From: a virus
Taxonomy: Duplodnaviria > Heunggongvirae > Uroviricota > Caudoviricetes
Length of the DNA: 26,854 nt
Reading direction: 5' to 3' (one strand)
IMG/VR virus record: IMGVR_UViG_2737471839_000017
Location: 1-26,854 of that record
The position numbers were made by a program, and so were the translations under genes. The notes under the pieces were generated by a model that made no database searches, was not told where the DNA came from, and saw nothing but the letters and a program-made list of their open reading frames with translations. Shown piece after piece: positions 25,604-26,854 of the stretch (positions within the stretch are counted from its first letter, which is position 1; each line of letters starts with the position of its first letter).

Positions 25604-26854
25604 TTATTCCCCCGCCATCCACTTCTCAAACTTCGACGGGGAGAACGGAATCAGATCCGTATGCTCCCCGTTAATCCAGGAATCAATCATATCGGCCCAC
25701 TGCTGCAACATGTAGGCGCGCTGTCTGGCGTATTCCGCTTTGTTATATACGGCGCGCACACCTTTCTGCTCATGTGACAGAGCCTTTTCAATCCAGTCTG
25801 AAGGATAACCAGCCTCATGCAACAACGTACTGGCTGTACGGCGCATATCGTGTACGGTGAAGCCCTGAATATGCTCACCATCTTCATTTATTATTTTCAC
25901 CGTTCTGTCGATCAGAGAGTTCAGCGCGGCATTAGATAATGGCTTCCGGAAATTGTAACGACCAGGAACCAGATATTCACTTCCACCAGCGCACATCTGC
26001 AACCCAACCAATATATCCTGTGCCTGTTTAGGCAGGTAAATAACGTGCGCCCGGCTTCCCTTCATGCGGTCTGAAGGAATTGTCCATGTCCATTTTTTAA
26101 AATCTATTTCATCCCACGTTGCATTGGTGAATTCGCCTTTACGAACCATAGTGATAAGCACCAGCTTTAAAGCCATTTTCATAGTGCCCATAGCACCAAT
26201 GGCATCCAGCGTGCGGAAGAACAGGCCAATTTCTTCTGGTGTCAGTGTTCGCTCTCGTGGTTTAAATATGGCGATAGACGAAGGTTTAATGTCAGCCGCA
26301 GGATTAAACAAACCATGACCACGGTCATTGGCGTGACGGTATACGCTGCTGATGATCTCCCTGGCCTGCACTGCTGTTGCCCGGCCACCGCGTTCGACAA
26401 TCCGGTCACACAAATCACGAACCATCGATGTGGTAATTTCAGCCATCATTTTATTGCCAAGAACCGGAAGTATGTCACGGTCGATCACCGCCTGTTTCAT
26501 TGCGCGGGTACTGTCAGCCAGGATGACGTGTTTCATATAACTGTCGGTATGTACCGCAAACGTCTCGGCACCACGAATCTTTTTGATACCGTCACGTTTA
26601 GCCGCAGCCGGTGACTGGCCTGCTTTAAGCAGCTTCTTTGCAGCAATCAGTTCTTCCCGCGCTTCTGCCAGGCTGATACCGTCACGCCCATACTGCCCGA
26701 TTACCAGTGTTTCGCGGCGACCGTTGATACGGTAGTCATAGCGAAACGAGACCGTACCTGACGTAAGCACAGCTACATACAGCCCGTCACGATCGGAGAC
26801 TTTGTATAGTTTGTCCTGCGGCTTGAGGTTTTTTAATTTTGTATCGGTAAGCAC
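25604..26854 (-). CDS. int: Tyrosine integrase, P4-like (416 aa; apparent GTG start at the last window bases, so the N-terminus may be slightly truncated)
   Basis: N-terminal 'LTDTKLKNLKPQDKLYKVSDRDGLYVAVLTSG' matches the P4-type integrase arm domain; C-terminal catalytic region contains 'HDMRRT' and 'LSHEQKGVRAVYNKAEY'. Confidence 0.85.
   Translation of the reverse strand: MLTDTKLKNLKPQDKLYKVSDRDGLYVAVLTSGTVSFRYDYRINGRRETLVIGQYGRDGISLAEAREELIAAKKLLKAGQSPAAAKRDGIKKIRGAETFAVHTDSYMKHVILADSTRAMKQAVIDRDILPVLGNKMMAEITTSMVRDLCDRIVERGGRATAVQAREIISSVYRHANDRGHGLFNPAADIKPSSIAIFKPRERTLTPEEIGLFFRTLDAIGAMGTMKMALKLVLITMVRKGEFTNATWDEIDFKKWTWTIPSDRMKGSRAHVIYLPKQAQDILVGLQMCAGGSEYLVPGRYNFRKPLSNAALNSLIDRTVKIINEDGEHIQGFTVHDMRRTASTLLHEAGYPSDWIEKALSHEQKGVRAVYNKAEYARQRAYMLQQWADMIDSWINGEHTDLIPFSPSKFEKWMAGE

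Larger units (their letters stand above)
1..26854. mobile_element. Temperate phage / prophage, nearly complete: integrase, recombination, immunity, replication, accessory, terminase and virion modules; ends not in window
   Basis: Gene content and order read from the ORF translations; long translationally coupled minus-strand operons (ATGA/TAATG stop-start overlaps); integrase at the high-coordinate edge. Confidence 0.85.

Noticed and set aside
1-26854. Lysis cassette (holin/endolysin/spanin) and tail fibre or tailspike genes
   Set aside because: No candidate ORFs with holin-like membrane segments or lysozyme-like features were seen; they probably lie beyond the window start.

Overview
The window reads as nearly all of one temperate phage (prophage) with a lambdoid early region joined to a podovirus-type virion module; no tool searches were run, so all product calls rest on reading the translations and recalling family signatures. 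From high to low coordinates: a P4-type tyrosine integrase (25604-26854, start at the window edge), then a plus-strand early-left operon (21646-25600) with a RecE-like exonuclease, a RecT/Red-beta annealing protein, AlpA-like and PerC-like regulators and an MT-A70 adenine methyltransferase. The immunity region (20523-21626) has a tandem-HTH repressor candidate divergent from a small Cro/CII-like gene. A minus-strand early-right/late arm follows: lambda O-like and P-like replication genes with in-gene iterons (ori), an accessory nin-like cluster, terminase small and large subunits, and a translationally coupled head/tail operon (portal, scaffold, major capsid, tail tubular A/B-like and internal virion proteins) running off the window start. 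Between terminase and portal sits an opposite-strand insert with a structured non-coding region, tRNA-Arg(UCU), two terminators and one ORF. The most notable signal is a 15-bp palindrome, TTACC-N5-GGTAA, found six times perfectly and twice imperfectly, always intergenic and at promoters. I did not find a recognisable canonical defence system (no CRISPR, no restriction endonuclease partner for the methylase); the candidate novelty lies in the regulatory architecture and the accessory cluster.
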